Below are positions 50,700 through 64,000 of a stretch of DNA of 64,000 bases, piece by piece (positions within the stretch are counted from its first letter, which is position 1; each line of letters begins with the position of its first letter). The stretch is from Dimorphilus gyrociliatus (taxonomy: Eukaryota; Animalia; Annelida). The position numbers were made by a program, and so were the translations under genes. Under the pieces are notes generated by a model. That model worked only from the letters and a program-made list of their open reading frames with translations. It had not been told where the DNA came from and made no database searches. The stretch is taken from the NCBI GenBank assembly GCA_904063045.1, contig CAJFCJ010000029.1, forward strand, positions 124,001 to 188,000, read 5' to 3'.

Positions 50700-52713
50700 T
50701 TTAAAGTGTAAAATTCCTTAACGTAACCCGTCAAATTGGTTATCTGTCAGTTGGTCTTAATTAATGATTCTCCGATTGTTGTCATTGGTTGTAGATTCAA
50801 TTACAAAGTGGATGGAGTTAAAGTTTAGCGGTATTTTTTTTAAGTTCCATGTTAATTGCTTATTGTTTACATGGAGTGTAATGATAGACGTGAATAAAAA
50901 AAAGACGCTGTGTCTTCGATTTCATATTCTCTATAGAATTTCGAATTTTTTCCTTCTCTATATTTACCCCATTAGATTACCCTCGGCTACCAAAACACAT
51001 TGATTTCAATTTGTGAGTGCTATTAACTTATCATGGGAATATTGGAAGATGTGAACTGGATCAATGATTAATTTGCGAGATGTTCACGAAAAATTTGCTT
51101 CCAATAAATCTGTTTTCCCCCTTAGCATTGAAGCTTTTGAAAAGAGAGAGAGAGAGAGATAAAGAAAGAGAGTGAGCGAGCGAGCGAGCGAGTGAGTGAG
51201 TGAGTGACTAAAAGAATACATACGACTTATCTCTAATGATAAATTGATAATTAATTAATAGAACATTTCCCCTTTCTTCAAATACTATCAATCTATCTTT
51301 TCTCTTTTCTTAAACTGTTATACAGAACTTTGTTTGTTTATTTATGTTAATTGAATTGCTCGGTGAGAGGTTAGAAAACAACAGACTCTTTTTAAATATT
51401 TACAATCCTTTATTTACCTATTTACGTTTATAAGTGTATAGATTTTTTTCTTCTCATTTTCTCTTCAAGAATGTTTTAATCTCTTCTCTATTTAAATTAA
51501 AGTGCATACAATACACTTATCATCAAATTGAGAAAAAGATTTAGCTATAACTTTATTATTGGTAGTTTTTATATTGCTAAGCCATAGATAATCCATAAAG
51601 GTTATCCGGTGCGTGTGATTAGGAGGTTAGGTAGAGTATGTTATTATTTCCTAAAGCTGTTCGCAAAAAAACAGTTGGTTAGCAGAGATAACTGTTGTAA
51701 TCTATCCCAAATTATGCTAGTGTATACTTAAGTTATTATCAGTCCCTTTATCCCAGATAATCATCTAAAGGTTATCCTATTATATATTTTTTCATAAAGT
51801 AGACGATAATTAGTAAAAGCAATAATGAGTCGTTACTTACTGTATTTAAAGATAGATGGAAGCACTGCTAAGATAATATGCTGCGAAGCGTATGATGAAA
51901 AGAAAAAACAAGTTGATGATAAGGTGAAAAGAATTTAAGATATTCTTGTAAACGAATTTTCAAAATCTTTAAATAAAAAAAGGAAATTGATTCTAATACG
52001 AAAAAGACTTTTCTGTACTTAATCTTTTATTTTACGCTTGTATTTTTTTGGTTGATAGAACATAGCAGGGTTCCATTCAGATAAGATGAAGGCAGAAAAA
52101 AAAGAGATTAGATTTTTTTTGTTCGTTTCCTTTACAATTTACAACATATTTGTTTTGCTTTTATCAAATATATATACATATATATATTTATATAAAACTA
52201 TAAGTCAATAGTAAAGGAATAAAAATAAACAAACACTTGTATTGTTCTCTTAAATAGAATTGAACACATTTCATTTTTAATAATATATTATCTGTACACA
52301 AAAAAATAGACTTGTTATTTTTTTTTTTTTTAAATATGGTTTTTTTTTTATTTTTACATCTTCACAGCTTATTCAAAAAGTCATATATATATATATATAT
52401 ATATATATAAAGACGGACGTGTTTTTTTTGTATGTGTTTTACAACGTTGGCTTCTTTTTTTTTGTAAATAAGTTATCTTTGTTTTTTGTTTTTTGAGTTT
52501 TTTTTTTTGGTTTTGTTGTCTTTTTTACTCCAAAACGAAATATTGCAGTTTTATATACATAAGCACTGTGCATGCAGATTTGCACTACAACTTTTTTTTG
52601 TATATGAACAATGACGAGGAAAAAAAGTAAAAAGCAATGATTAACATTAATTTTTTTTTCAGCATTTAGTTATACAGTATGTCACATAAAATAGATGGAC
52701 CTTGTTCAATAGT

Positions 52714-55700
52714 TTACAGACCCAGAGAGGCTGTAGTCATCTGTTTTTTGGCTTTCAGTCTCATATCATCCATATTTAGGCTTTGCTTTAAAGCTGAATC
52801 GGCGACGGATGCCTGTAAAGCTAAATTGAGAGCAGCATATGCGCTAGGTGGCGTTAGGTGAGGGTAGAAGAGAAGTGGATGCTGCAACGGTATTGAATCG
52901 AGCGAAGGAGGGAACAATCGATCTGGTAAAGGTGGAAAGAAAGGAAGGCGAGATGCGCTTAGCGGCGGCAAGTTGACATACGGCGTCATGCGGTTTCCTT
53001 CTAAAGATGACGCTACAGGTGGACTTGTTAGATTGCTTGTTGGAGCTAGAAGTAGGCCTGAAGAATATATTTTTTGAAATTAATATAACCAATTTGATAA
53101 CGTAAACAATCGGCACCACCAAAATCGAATTCAGCTTAATATTTTCTATAATTAATTTTTTCGTTAATCAAGTATATACGAATTGCATTCAATTTAGTTT
53201 CTCAATAAATCTAATTCAATTGCTCTAACAAGATAATTCGTTGGTAAACAATACCGAAGCGACGCCTTTGCACAAGCGTCCCTTCACATATCAATAGGCG
53301 AGTCTAATCAATTGAATTACATTGATCTGCTAATTCAATTACTTCAATTTGGCGAAGTCGCGATAATTGTACTGGGCGCTAATAGAAAGGAGTTCAATTT
53401 ATTAGACGCTACTGTCGAACGTGACTTGTGATCACAGATTACTGCCGGTTCGCGCTCTTAAATAGTGTCTCTTGATGTATATAAACATAGTATCACACAG
53501 ATTATATATATATATATATATATATATACTGTATATATATAAACCCCAATATATGGATAAATTATTAATCTATATACAAGGTGCAAATAGATTTCTTTTT
53601 TATATTTGGGGAAATTATCGAGGAGAGCTATCTAGTTATATATATATATATTTATATAGATATTCATACGTCTTGGATGATATTGAAGTAGCTGTACTTG
53701 TTAAATATAAGATATATATATATATATCTAGAGAGAGAGAGAGAGATAGAAAAAGGGAAAGAGGCAAATCTAAATTTGCAGAATACAAAGAGATACGTTA
53801 TCGCTTATTGTTTTTGAATGAACATGTTAAAAACTATTTACCTTTATGGATTTGACTTTCTTGCTTGCGACATTTTGCTCTTCGGTTTTGGAACCAAACC
53901 TTGTAAGATAAAGAGAATAAAATTTGATTATTTCGATAATGTAATACATATATATTAGTAATAAAAAAAATGTCCCGAAGGCGTATAAATATAAGCCGCT
54001 CTAATACTTATGACGTAAGCCACATGGCTCCGCCTTCCCGAGAGACCACACCCCTTTCGCTAAATAACGTCATTAGTCGATAATTAGCATTTATCTACAT
54101 TACATTCGTGAAAAATTTATCGCCGCAAGATTGCTTAATAAATGTGTAAATTGAATAAAGTCGAATATTGCTCATTATTTATGCATGATTTGTTTGTATT
54201 GTCTGAAAGGTCATTAGAAAAGAGACGGTAACGAAATAGGAACCCGCGGGATGAAAATTAGGGACGGCTAAGCCTTTATGTTTCTATCTAATTGAACCTA
54301 ATGCGTTAATCCGATAAGTTGTTCAGCCGTAATTCGTTTTATTTCGGACACACGCCATTTTCGTAATTGATCGTCGTCGCAAATTTCTCGGCGAATACCC
54401 GCTCAATTTAGCCTTTCCTATTGATATATAAACATATATATCACAGTACTTGATTTATTTATTTATTCATTCATTCATTCATTCTACGCATCTGTTCATT
54501 TACTTAAATAGTATGTTTATTTATTTATATATTAATTTATTTATTGTTTTAGATTCATTAGTTTTATCATATTTAAAAAAATTCTGTTATTAACTTGTCC
54601 AATTTCTAGTAAGATTGTTTTATTTTTGTTTGTAATACATGTTAATGTAATTTTTACGTTTTCCGCTTGAGTAATGTTATATAATATAATATAAATATAT
54701 ATCCTCCCATCCCCCTACCACTCAATTATGACGTAGAATCTGTAAGAAGATGTTTGTTTTTTGCGGCATTTCTATTAGATCTACAAGTATTCTACTTAAT
54801 ATTATAATTAATAGTAATTATAATATTCAAAAACAATCGAAAATGAAATAAAAAATATTTCGTTTTTATTAAAAAAGAATTAACTGAATGGCTTACTTGC
54901 ACTCTGGCTTCACTCAATCCTAGTCTTTGGCTCAACTCCTCTCTCATAAACGCATCCGGATAATGAGTCTCATCAAACAGCCTTTCCAACTCGTGTAGTT
55001 GCTCTAACGTAAAATTTGTCCTTGTTCTTCTCTGTTTACTTTTGTTCTGCAGTTCGTCGTCTCCCATTTTTCTTCCGCCATCTGTAACAAGATTTTATCT
55101 TATTTTTTTTAAACTTTCTAGATATACAAATGGTGATTTTTAAATCAACAGTTATAAAAGCGGAATAGCTTCTATCAAGTCGCGTGCTACGTTATTCAAT
55201 ACAAAGCCGAAGGCGTTTAAAAGCGTTTTTGAAAAGCAGCGCGCTTAAAAAAAGCGTTTCGGATTACGATGACCGTCTGGCCGCTACTTTTAGCGGTCCA
55301 TTATTAACTTTTAGCCAAGTATATGTTAGCCTTTTAAAAGAGGCAAAATTGTTAATGAATATGCAAAGGTCGAAGCGTCTTATGTTCTTTTGACAAGTGA
55401 AATCCTTTAATTAAAAAATACAATGACGTTTTATGTACAATTATCAAACTATTAGAGCATTAAATAATATCGAATTTCCGAGGACCCATCTGTTAAAAAT
55501 AGCCGTACTTTTTCCTCATATTTTAACAAGACGAACGTAAAACTTAATTAAATTAGACGCTTCAGCACGTCCACCAACACGTGACGAAGCGCGTTTAGAC
55601 GACTGTAGTGAGTTATGTGCATTTACAAATTAGACTCTTACACCCCTCGCGGGGTTAGACGCTTATTTATGACCGTCGTCCACTAACCTTTGTCGACGCC

Positions 55701-55847
55701 TTCCTCTAAATCATCAGTCACAGTCTTTTCATCTTCAACTCGACTTTTAATACTTAAATCTAAACCATTTTCTGGTGATTCTTCATTGCTCTTCTCATCC
55801 TCTCCGCTATCGAAAGTCTTAGTGACGAATTGAGTCAATCGGTCCAT
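52714..55847 (-). CDS. SHOX: Short stature homeobox (Shox) paired-like homeodomain plus OAR domain, 248 aa, 4 exons
   Basis: Exons 55847-55688, 55081-54897, 53899-53842 and 53057-52714. N-terminal [13 protein letters not shown] resembles SHOX MEELTAFVSKSFD. Homeodomain [47 protein letters not shown]|[14 protein letters not shown], then MTPYVN..RLPF, and an OAR-like tail [15 protein letters not shown]. Confidence 0.95.
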
Positions 55848-58579
55848 TTTTACATCCACGTGGTACAAGAGCTTCTAACAGACTGATTACAAGACGGTCC
55901 CGCTTTACGGGTAATAATATTACTGCAAATCGGCCAATCAGCGCCGGAGCACCGCTGCTACTGAATATTAATGAAATAGAGTTAGAAATGTAGAATTTTC
56001 TGATGCTCTTACTTTAATTAACGAGTCTCATTAGATTAATTACCAAGAGTATAGTGAGCTAAATTCAAACATTATAACCTAAGGGCAGTTATATGGTTAA
56101 TATGTAAATGAGCGGATTCATTTAAGGGATTATATTTAGACTCTTTGTATATACAATGTTGAAATAGAATTAAGATGACAAATTGAAATAAATTTCTTTT
56201 TATCTAATGTGTACAAGAGAATTAAGAGTTTAATTGGATGAATAGAGTGATAGATTAGAATGAAACATTTTACGCTTGGATAAACCAAGAGTCTAATTAC
56301 AAGATTTATCCTAGAAAGAAAGCACTTGCTCAATCAGAAAATCATAGGCATCATCAGGGATTTAAAAAAATCTATGCATTCTGACAAACAAATTGAGTAC
56401 GTTATTCTTTGAACTATCTTAAAGAATGTATATGTAAATACATAATTTTATATATGTGTATATTATAAACATTTATACAGTATTTATATATAAATTTTAT
56501 ATGATATAATAATTACGGATGTATGGATATTAATCTGAATTTGTAGAGAATTATATAGACAGGATATCTATCTTTAAGATCTTCAAATTTATGACATACG
56601 ACAGCGAATCCTCTTTGTCTTTGAAATAAAGAAAACGCAACTGGCTCTATTATATAAGATAAAGAAATTTGCATACGTGTATTTATATCCTCAATATACG
56701 GTATTCACTATTATTCTTATACCAGCAGATATATACTTTATATATATAAGCATAATTCCAAGTTTAGTCTATAAACAGTAGATATTCTCTCTTTATATAA
56801 ACTATTGCATAAATACATTCACATATACATGTAGAGTAGATACATAAGTAGAAAATTAACGCAATATCCTTCCTCGCATAAATAAGTCCGATTGATCCTT
56901 TACAAATTCCATCCCCAATCCGATAATGTGGAAAGATTACGAAATGACGCGCGCGCAAAAGAAATCGGTCCATTACCGAAATGAAGACGATTTACGGAGA
57001 TGAAAGGTATAAGGTAACATAAAAAAAATCTTTATATATAATCAACGCTTTTGCCTCTTCTTTTCCTCAACCAACGCCCGACCGAGATAATCAGATTAGC
57101 GACAGAGCAATGATATAATTAAATGGAAGAGATATAGAACTGTCGGCGAAATCGTATTTGGACGGCTCGGAATCGTGCGACGGAAATGCTCCACGATATT
57201 AAGACGGAGCGAGCTGTCAGCGCGTAAAAACGCCATTATCGTTAATGATCGCTAATCTGGTTCAGTCAGGGGAAAAATAGGCGCATTTTTAGCGCGTCCA
57301 CAACCACTTTAATTAAACGAATCGAAACGGAATTCTCCAACCGGATTAGCTCGTTAGCGACGGCTCTGCTCATTTAGCATTTTATTTAAAAGAATGAATT
57401 AAGGGCGCTAATAGGCAACATCTGAAGCGTGAAGTAAGGTTGTTTTTACATTACCAATAGCTCCTCAGTCATATTTAGTCAATTTAAACCCTTTTCGCTT
57501 TATTACTATACTTTTGTGCTTAATTAGCCCGCCATTCTAATAATCAAAATGAGTAATAAATAAACAGAATTTATTATCATCAAAAGAATGATGACTAAGC
57601 ACAAGTACTACTATTATTGGCTTTTGTTTTTACAATAGTAAAATACCACTTGTATTTTATTACTTCCTCTTACACTAATCTTTAGTAATCAATTTGTAGA
57701 TATTAATTCTCTTAAGAGGGGTCAGTTCCATAATTATTGACAGTAAAATACTAATTTTATATATTAATGCTCTTAGAATTTATACCTATTAATTAATTAC
57801 TATGCTATTTCTATATTTTTTTCCATAAATATCTATTGAAATATTTAGACCAATTCCAGGAAAGATTTAGTACGAGGAACGATAGAAATTATAGATATTA
57901 ATCACTCCTGAATCATTATTTCTCTCCTTATTGTAACATATAATTACCTTTAACCGATAATAGACATTTTATACAAAAATATTATCATTAATATAAAGTA
58001 TAGAAATCGCTAATCATTATCTTTCTTTTAATTTCCTTCTTCCAGTTTGAAAATAACTCAAAGTGCACCAATTATCTTCAGTCTAAAAGAAAAGCAAAAA
58101 AAAGGGGAGAGGAGGAGAATGGAGAATAAGTGAGACACATACAGAGAGAGAGAGAGAAAGAAAAAAAAGAGAGACGCTTCTATTACGTCTTTTTTATGGC
58201 GAAATTATTGCTGAACATTACCGAAAGATGGCGACGTAGTTATTTATTTCTCCATAAAATGAACAACGAAACTATTATATTGTGTTTTTTTTTATAACTT
58301 TTTTATTGCTTAATTTTATAATATTTAAATCTAAATTAATTAATTATTAATTGATTTATTATTTAACATAAAGAAGTGATAAATTCTGGTTTTATTAAGG
58401 TTTTTATTACCCGAAATAAACAATATTACTGACATAACGTAGCCATAAAATTTTTGTATATAAATTATTTATGAATTATGATTGCTCTTTCTTTTCATTA
58501 AGAAAAAAAAATCACAGATTAACAATGTTTGTCCAGAAAGACACTTTTTATCATTATTTTTATCATTGAGTGTAGAGAA

Positions 58580-58583
<4 letters not shown>

Positions 58584-58633
<50 letters not shown>
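58584..58633. repeat. (AG)25 microsatellite
   Basis: Perfect run. Confidence 0.95.
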
Positions 58634-58640
<7 letters not shown>

Positions 58641-61600
58641 AAGAGACCAAAGTTTTTTTGATTGAGTAAATAACGAACAATGATAAAAAAATACAATATA
58701 AAAATCTCATATGTCTTCCCCTTTTCAATTTATTTCTTGAATTGTTTATGAAGTGGGGTAAACTAGAGAGAATTAATAAAAGAGAAAATAAAACACCCTT
58801 TTTCCCATTTTTGCGTGAACTTTCATTAAAATCTCGTGAAAGTCTTTCTAATGTCATATTTAAAAGGGGTAAATTGAATGGCGTAAGAGAGAAAAGGCTA
58901 AATGATGTTGGTTTACTTACACTAATTAAATAATGTATACCCCTTATGTTAAAACCAACATCATAGATTCTAAAGTTTAAGATAAAAATTACTGTTTAAT
59001 TATAGAGTTTAAAACCGATAGTCTTTGTATACAATATCTCTTTGGGAAAGATGAGTCGAATAGAAGAAATAGGAAGATATAATTTGTTTTGTTGTAAAGA
59101 AAAAAGGTGAGGAGTCTTATTGCTTAAATTGTTACTAGAAATCAAAAGCTTGACCCTTTTCTGGCAAATAGTGTCAGCTAGAACGTAAAAAAGAATTCAT
59201 AGAGAATTGATTCATTATAAATTATTGCTAATGGCATTTTCAATATTCTAATTTTAGTAGAGTCAATAATTGAGAAATATGAATAATAATTTCGTATTTA
59301 TTTATACATTTCTATTACGTAGATATAACCTTTCATGAGCTAATTGTAACCTTTATTAAACTCTGTTCATTAGATATATCTAAATGCAATTGTTTTCCTT
59401 ATATTGCTTATGTATATTCTAAATATTTTTTCTATTTATATTTACACTTAAAGGCTGTCTTTGTATGCTTTAATAATAAGTAATGTACTTATTGTATCTT
59501 TTTTTAGATCTTTTGTAATAAAATAGCTAATTATTAGAAATTTCTTTGTACATTTTATATAGATTATATTATAACTATATTGAATTACAATTCTCCCAAT
59601 ATCCATATAGTTTTAACATATCAGCTAAAACATAAAGAATATCTTTGCTGATCTATAATCATATATAAAATATATGTTTAAAAAAGGAAAGTTCAATACG
59701 CTGTATGTACTCAATAAATGAGAAATTAGTTTCTATATACAATATAAGTAATTTACTAAACAATAGCCTTTAACTATCTGCGAAAATAGAAGAAAAAACA
59801 ATTACAAAGAGAAATTAGTTACTATTACAATCCTTTCAAATTATTTTCTTCTCTCGTCTAGTTTCCTCATTTTCAGTTCAGTTAACTTTCCCCCAGACAT
59901 TCTTTGTCTTTTTATTATAGACTATGCTGTATGTTTTTAATTAATTTTGAAAGGTAAATTAAGGAATAGAGTGTAGAAGATATCAAGAGACGTTGAAAAC
60001 TCGTTGTGACGAGAAAGAGGGAGAGAGAGAAAGAGTGAATGGAAAGAACGGAGAGAATACTGCAAGAAAAGATTAATTAATAATATTTCGATTCTCTAAG
60101 CAAGTCTTACAGCGATATAAAATATTATACTCTTTTACTTTTGCGATATTCTAGTAATCTCTTTCTACATTTTAACCTACTATGAGACATATAGATAATC
60201 TTCTGGCTTATCCCTTTTTATCCGTCTTTTTTATTTAATTAGAACAACATCAAATAAATTTGATGAAACAAGTGTATTTATTTCACTGTACATAAAATAT
60301 ACAATAGAACAAGAAAAGGCTTACCTTAGGTATCAACCTAATATTTCACCAAATGAATGCGATTTGTTTACTCTGAATATTTCAATAAAATCCTTCAAAT
60401 CCTTACATTTGAGGCAAATGCCTGATGATAAATGTACGGAAAACATGAAAATAAAGAATATTACATTTATTAAAAAGTAATTATCAGCTGGAAAAAGTGA
60501 AATTTAAAACAACAGTTTATTATACTGTATAGAGATTAATTTTTAATATGTGTTATTGAAATTATTTTAATATTACTTGAATAATATCTATTTTCCTACC
60601 TTTGATTATAAGTTGTCTATTGTACATCTCTGTGTAATGCAGTTTTTAAAAGATTAAAAAGAAATGATGTAGTTTGATGTAGTTTTTATATAAAATTTCT
60701 TGTCTAGTAATAAATAGGAGGAAATTTGCGCAATTGAATATAAAAATAAAGATGTAAAAAGGTTTTTCTAAGAAAACTATTCATTTCGGCTAATCAACTG
60801 AGAAAGGTTGCGCAGTGGAGTAGAATGATGATGAATATCACATTATTCAATTTCATTCATGTTTCAAATGCACCAATTTGTACAAGGATGCCTTTTTTCT
60901 TCTCTATAAAGGAAATCAAGTAAATTGTTACACAAATTCAGGGAAATCTACTATCCGATAAGATTTTTCTTTTCATTTCGCGTCTTTAACACGAGAGGTC
61001 AAGGCAGCTGACATTTTATCCTTAAACGTTGAAGCATTAAGTAAAAAAAAAAAGGGAAAGAATTGTAGCGCAATAATCAAACGCTTTTGCTTGGGTTTAA
61101 AGGGAAAAAAATGATTCCTAGTCTGGAATAAATCGTGGATAAAAGTGGATTAAAAGCATCTTTATCTAAGCTAAGTTATATATACAGTATATGTATGTAT
61201 GAGATATTTGAAAAGAATTCATCTCTAATTATTCCTTGTTCATTTTTCAAACGTGTGGGAGGTATCAAATACAGTATATATGTCCATTTAGAAATACTGT
61301 TTATTCTACACTTTCTATATATATGTATATATATATATATTTAGACAGTTTTACCGTTAATACTCATGTATATCTGTTGATATAAATGCTTTTAGCAAAA
61401 TTTACAATTAATTTAACTTTGGTCTACTGCGGTAGGATTGAAAAAGAAAAAAAATGTACTCTATAAAGGTGGCGCTATTGTCCATCCTCCAGATGTCTAC
61501 AGGTTTCCCAAAATTCTTTTAGCTTATGCATGGACAATTTTGATTATACCTAAATTCCAGGCTAACGAATAACATAGATTTAAAGTACTTTCAAGTTTAT

Positions 61601-64000
61601 ATAGGAAAGATTAAATGTATACAATTACTACACATTTTGTCAATTTACAGGCAACTTGTTAAAGTTTTTTCAAATCATTTTAATGATTTAAATGATAAAA
61701 ACGTAGGAAAAACTTTTCTTTATAACTAGCAAATGCGTGAAATTCTTTCAAGTTTTTTATCAAAATAATTGAAGAATACCTACTTTATAGTACAGAAAAC
61801 GAAAATAGATCTTTTTCCAACTGTATGCAGTATATATTATTTTGATGGTAAAATCGAAAGCAATAAAATCACACAAAGTATATATAAAACGAATTAGTTT
61901 ACAGACGGGAGATGGTTCTCTAAATTGTATTTTAAAAAAAAAGCGTCTCTTTTATCGGATATAAAAGTAAAAGTTGTTTGTATAGAAATAATTAATTGTT
62001 TTAAAATTGGCTTTGAAAAACAAAAACATCGTCTAAGTTTAGTAATAGAAAGCTCTAAATGATCTCTCTTCCGCTAAAAAAAGAAGTCAACATCATATTT
62101 TTGACCCTAAATGAAGACATAGACAGATAATCTGATCTGATAAGTTACTATTTGCCTGAAAAATTCGGTAGAAATCTCTTATCCTTATGAAAAAAGATGA
62201 TGGAAATTACTACTTTTTGTCGACTATTTTTATATTCTCCTCCTAAAATTCTATGGAAAATGAATAAACTTGATATAATACTTAATAAATAAACGATAAA
62301 AGAGATTTTTGATAGAATAAGTATTCATCCTGTCCCAAATCTATCTGTCGATGTCTCTCTCTCTCTCTCTCTCTCTATCTGTCCCTTCTTCTCACGACCT
62401 CTATCTTTTTTTCTAGCTTGGAAAATAGAAGAAAAAAGGACAGAGAATAAGTTTAGTAGAATATCTTGAATGTTTCTTACAGATAAAAAGGAACATTTCC
62501 AGTAGGATTTGCCGAGTTCTTAGATTATAGGAGACGGATGACACGCAGCGACGCTATGTTTTCTTTAAGTAAAATAAGAGAAAACAGGGATTTATATCCT
62601 TAATACTCTTACAACAAAAATATTACATTCCTTTAGTCAGATAAAAGGGATATTTTTTCTAATACAGAATTGAAACTTCAATTAAGACTTTAAAACTTAT
62701 AAATTACCTTTCCATTTCCCTTATTTAATTTGCATAGAAGATATAAATTACAGTTTAATAGAGAATAAACTGACGTGAATACAATTTTAAACAAATTTCT
62801 AATAAAATAAGAATAATAAGTTTCTGTGAAAAATTAGGCTTTTTATTTTATAGAATTCGTGAGAAAATGATGAAAAGCAGGTGTCGCTTTTTCCATTGAA
62901 AAAGCCTGGAGAGGTGAGGGGGAAAAATGACTTCTTATCTTTATTCATACTTTTAAATGGCCTCTCTATTTTCAATAAATATCAATTGAATGCATTAAAA
63001 GTCGTTGAAAGGGATATTGTATTAAAGAACTTTGACCTAAGGCTCAAACACTTTTACTCTTAAGCTATCTTTTGTAGTTTCAAATTACTTCCAATTTCGA
63101 TTCCCTGAAGAATTATAAGGTCATGTTGAAATCCCGCTCTTCTTTTATATTCAATAAAACATTGTGGACGAACAATATTTTACGAACGCGGACAATTTGT
63201 CAGAAGATTATTTTTATCTATTCATTATTATTCCCATTCTCATTTTTATTATTTCTCCTAAGTTTGTATCGCTAGGCGTTACAAACTGTTGATTGATAGA
63301 GCGGAAATTGTTTGTACGTAACGCATACTCTGCTTCTATCTGTTATCCTGATAAGTTAGGCAATTTTCAGAGACTGCTAACAAAAATAGAAAACCACGAT
63401 AGATGTCGTATACAAGGTTAAAGCTATATATCACTAGACGGCGTAAGTAAACGCCATGATCTTCCCTTTAATTTTAGTTAGGTCATGAATTACGGTCTAT
63501 CTCAATTATTTCTTAATAAAAACATATATCCAGAACGATGAATGCATACAATTCTCTTTTAATTTTCTTTGACCTTGAAAATCTTCCAGTATTGACAGAT
63601 TGAAAAAAACTGGAAAGATTTAATAAGTGAAAAATTCTGTATAAAGCTGTAGATGTAGGCAATTTTGTAACAGGAAAGAATAAAAAAACAAAATGAATGG
63701 TTATTAATTAAAAGAATGCTCAAGTGTAACAATCTAAAAATATTAAACATATAAAATATATCAATATATCTTTGGTATATATATATATATATCAGTATAT
63801 ATACAGTATATATATTACGCAGATTATGTATACAACGTATAAAAAGTCGCTATATAGTGTAAACAGAGCGTACTATATTCCAAAGTATTCCTTACCAAAA
63901 ATAAAAATATCTCAATTTAAATAATTAATCTATGCGGAAAACTGGAGAAAGTTTGGTATACAAGCATATATACAGTATATATATATATATATATATATAT

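Noticed and set aside
60300-60480. Possible isolated exon upstream of Shox
   Set aside because: Splice signals on the two strands conflict, the minus frame has a stop before its donor, and I recognise no homology.

Overview
AT-rich eukaryotic genomic DNA from a gene-dense, compact invertebrate genome. Most introns are 50-80 nt GT-AG, microsatellites are frequent and no intact transposon is visible. A protostome, probably a spiralian, is my inference from Shox plus an allatostatin-A-type receptor. Left to right: intronless UBE2W (+); an allatostatin-A/galanin-type GPCR (-); an N-acylated DUF4062-NACHT-TPR STAND NTPase (+, 4 exons); a possible small unannotated minus-strand gene (~20.4-22.4 kb); an orphan gene built from tandemly duplicated exon-intron units with a possible NRF1/EWG-like C-terminal motif (+); seven identical tRNA-Gly(GCC) genes interleaved in mirror symmetry with two tail-to-tail, highly diverged atlastin/GBP-like GTPase paralogues; an intronless secretory-pathway protein ending in HDEL that looks like a 2OG-Fe(II) dioxygenase without its metal ligands; a 17-exon TMTC1-like O-mannosyltransferase (+); a 4-exon Shox homeobox gene (-); then ~8 kb of apparently non-coding DNA. 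The best second-look items are the tRNA/GTPase mirror cassette, the recurrent TATA-CAG/CTG-TATA motif resembling Tc1/mariner excision footprints, the HDEL pseudo-dioxygenase, the repeated-intron orphan gene and a recurrent TAGACGC motif. All exon models, motif counts and family assignments were made by eye, without database searches.
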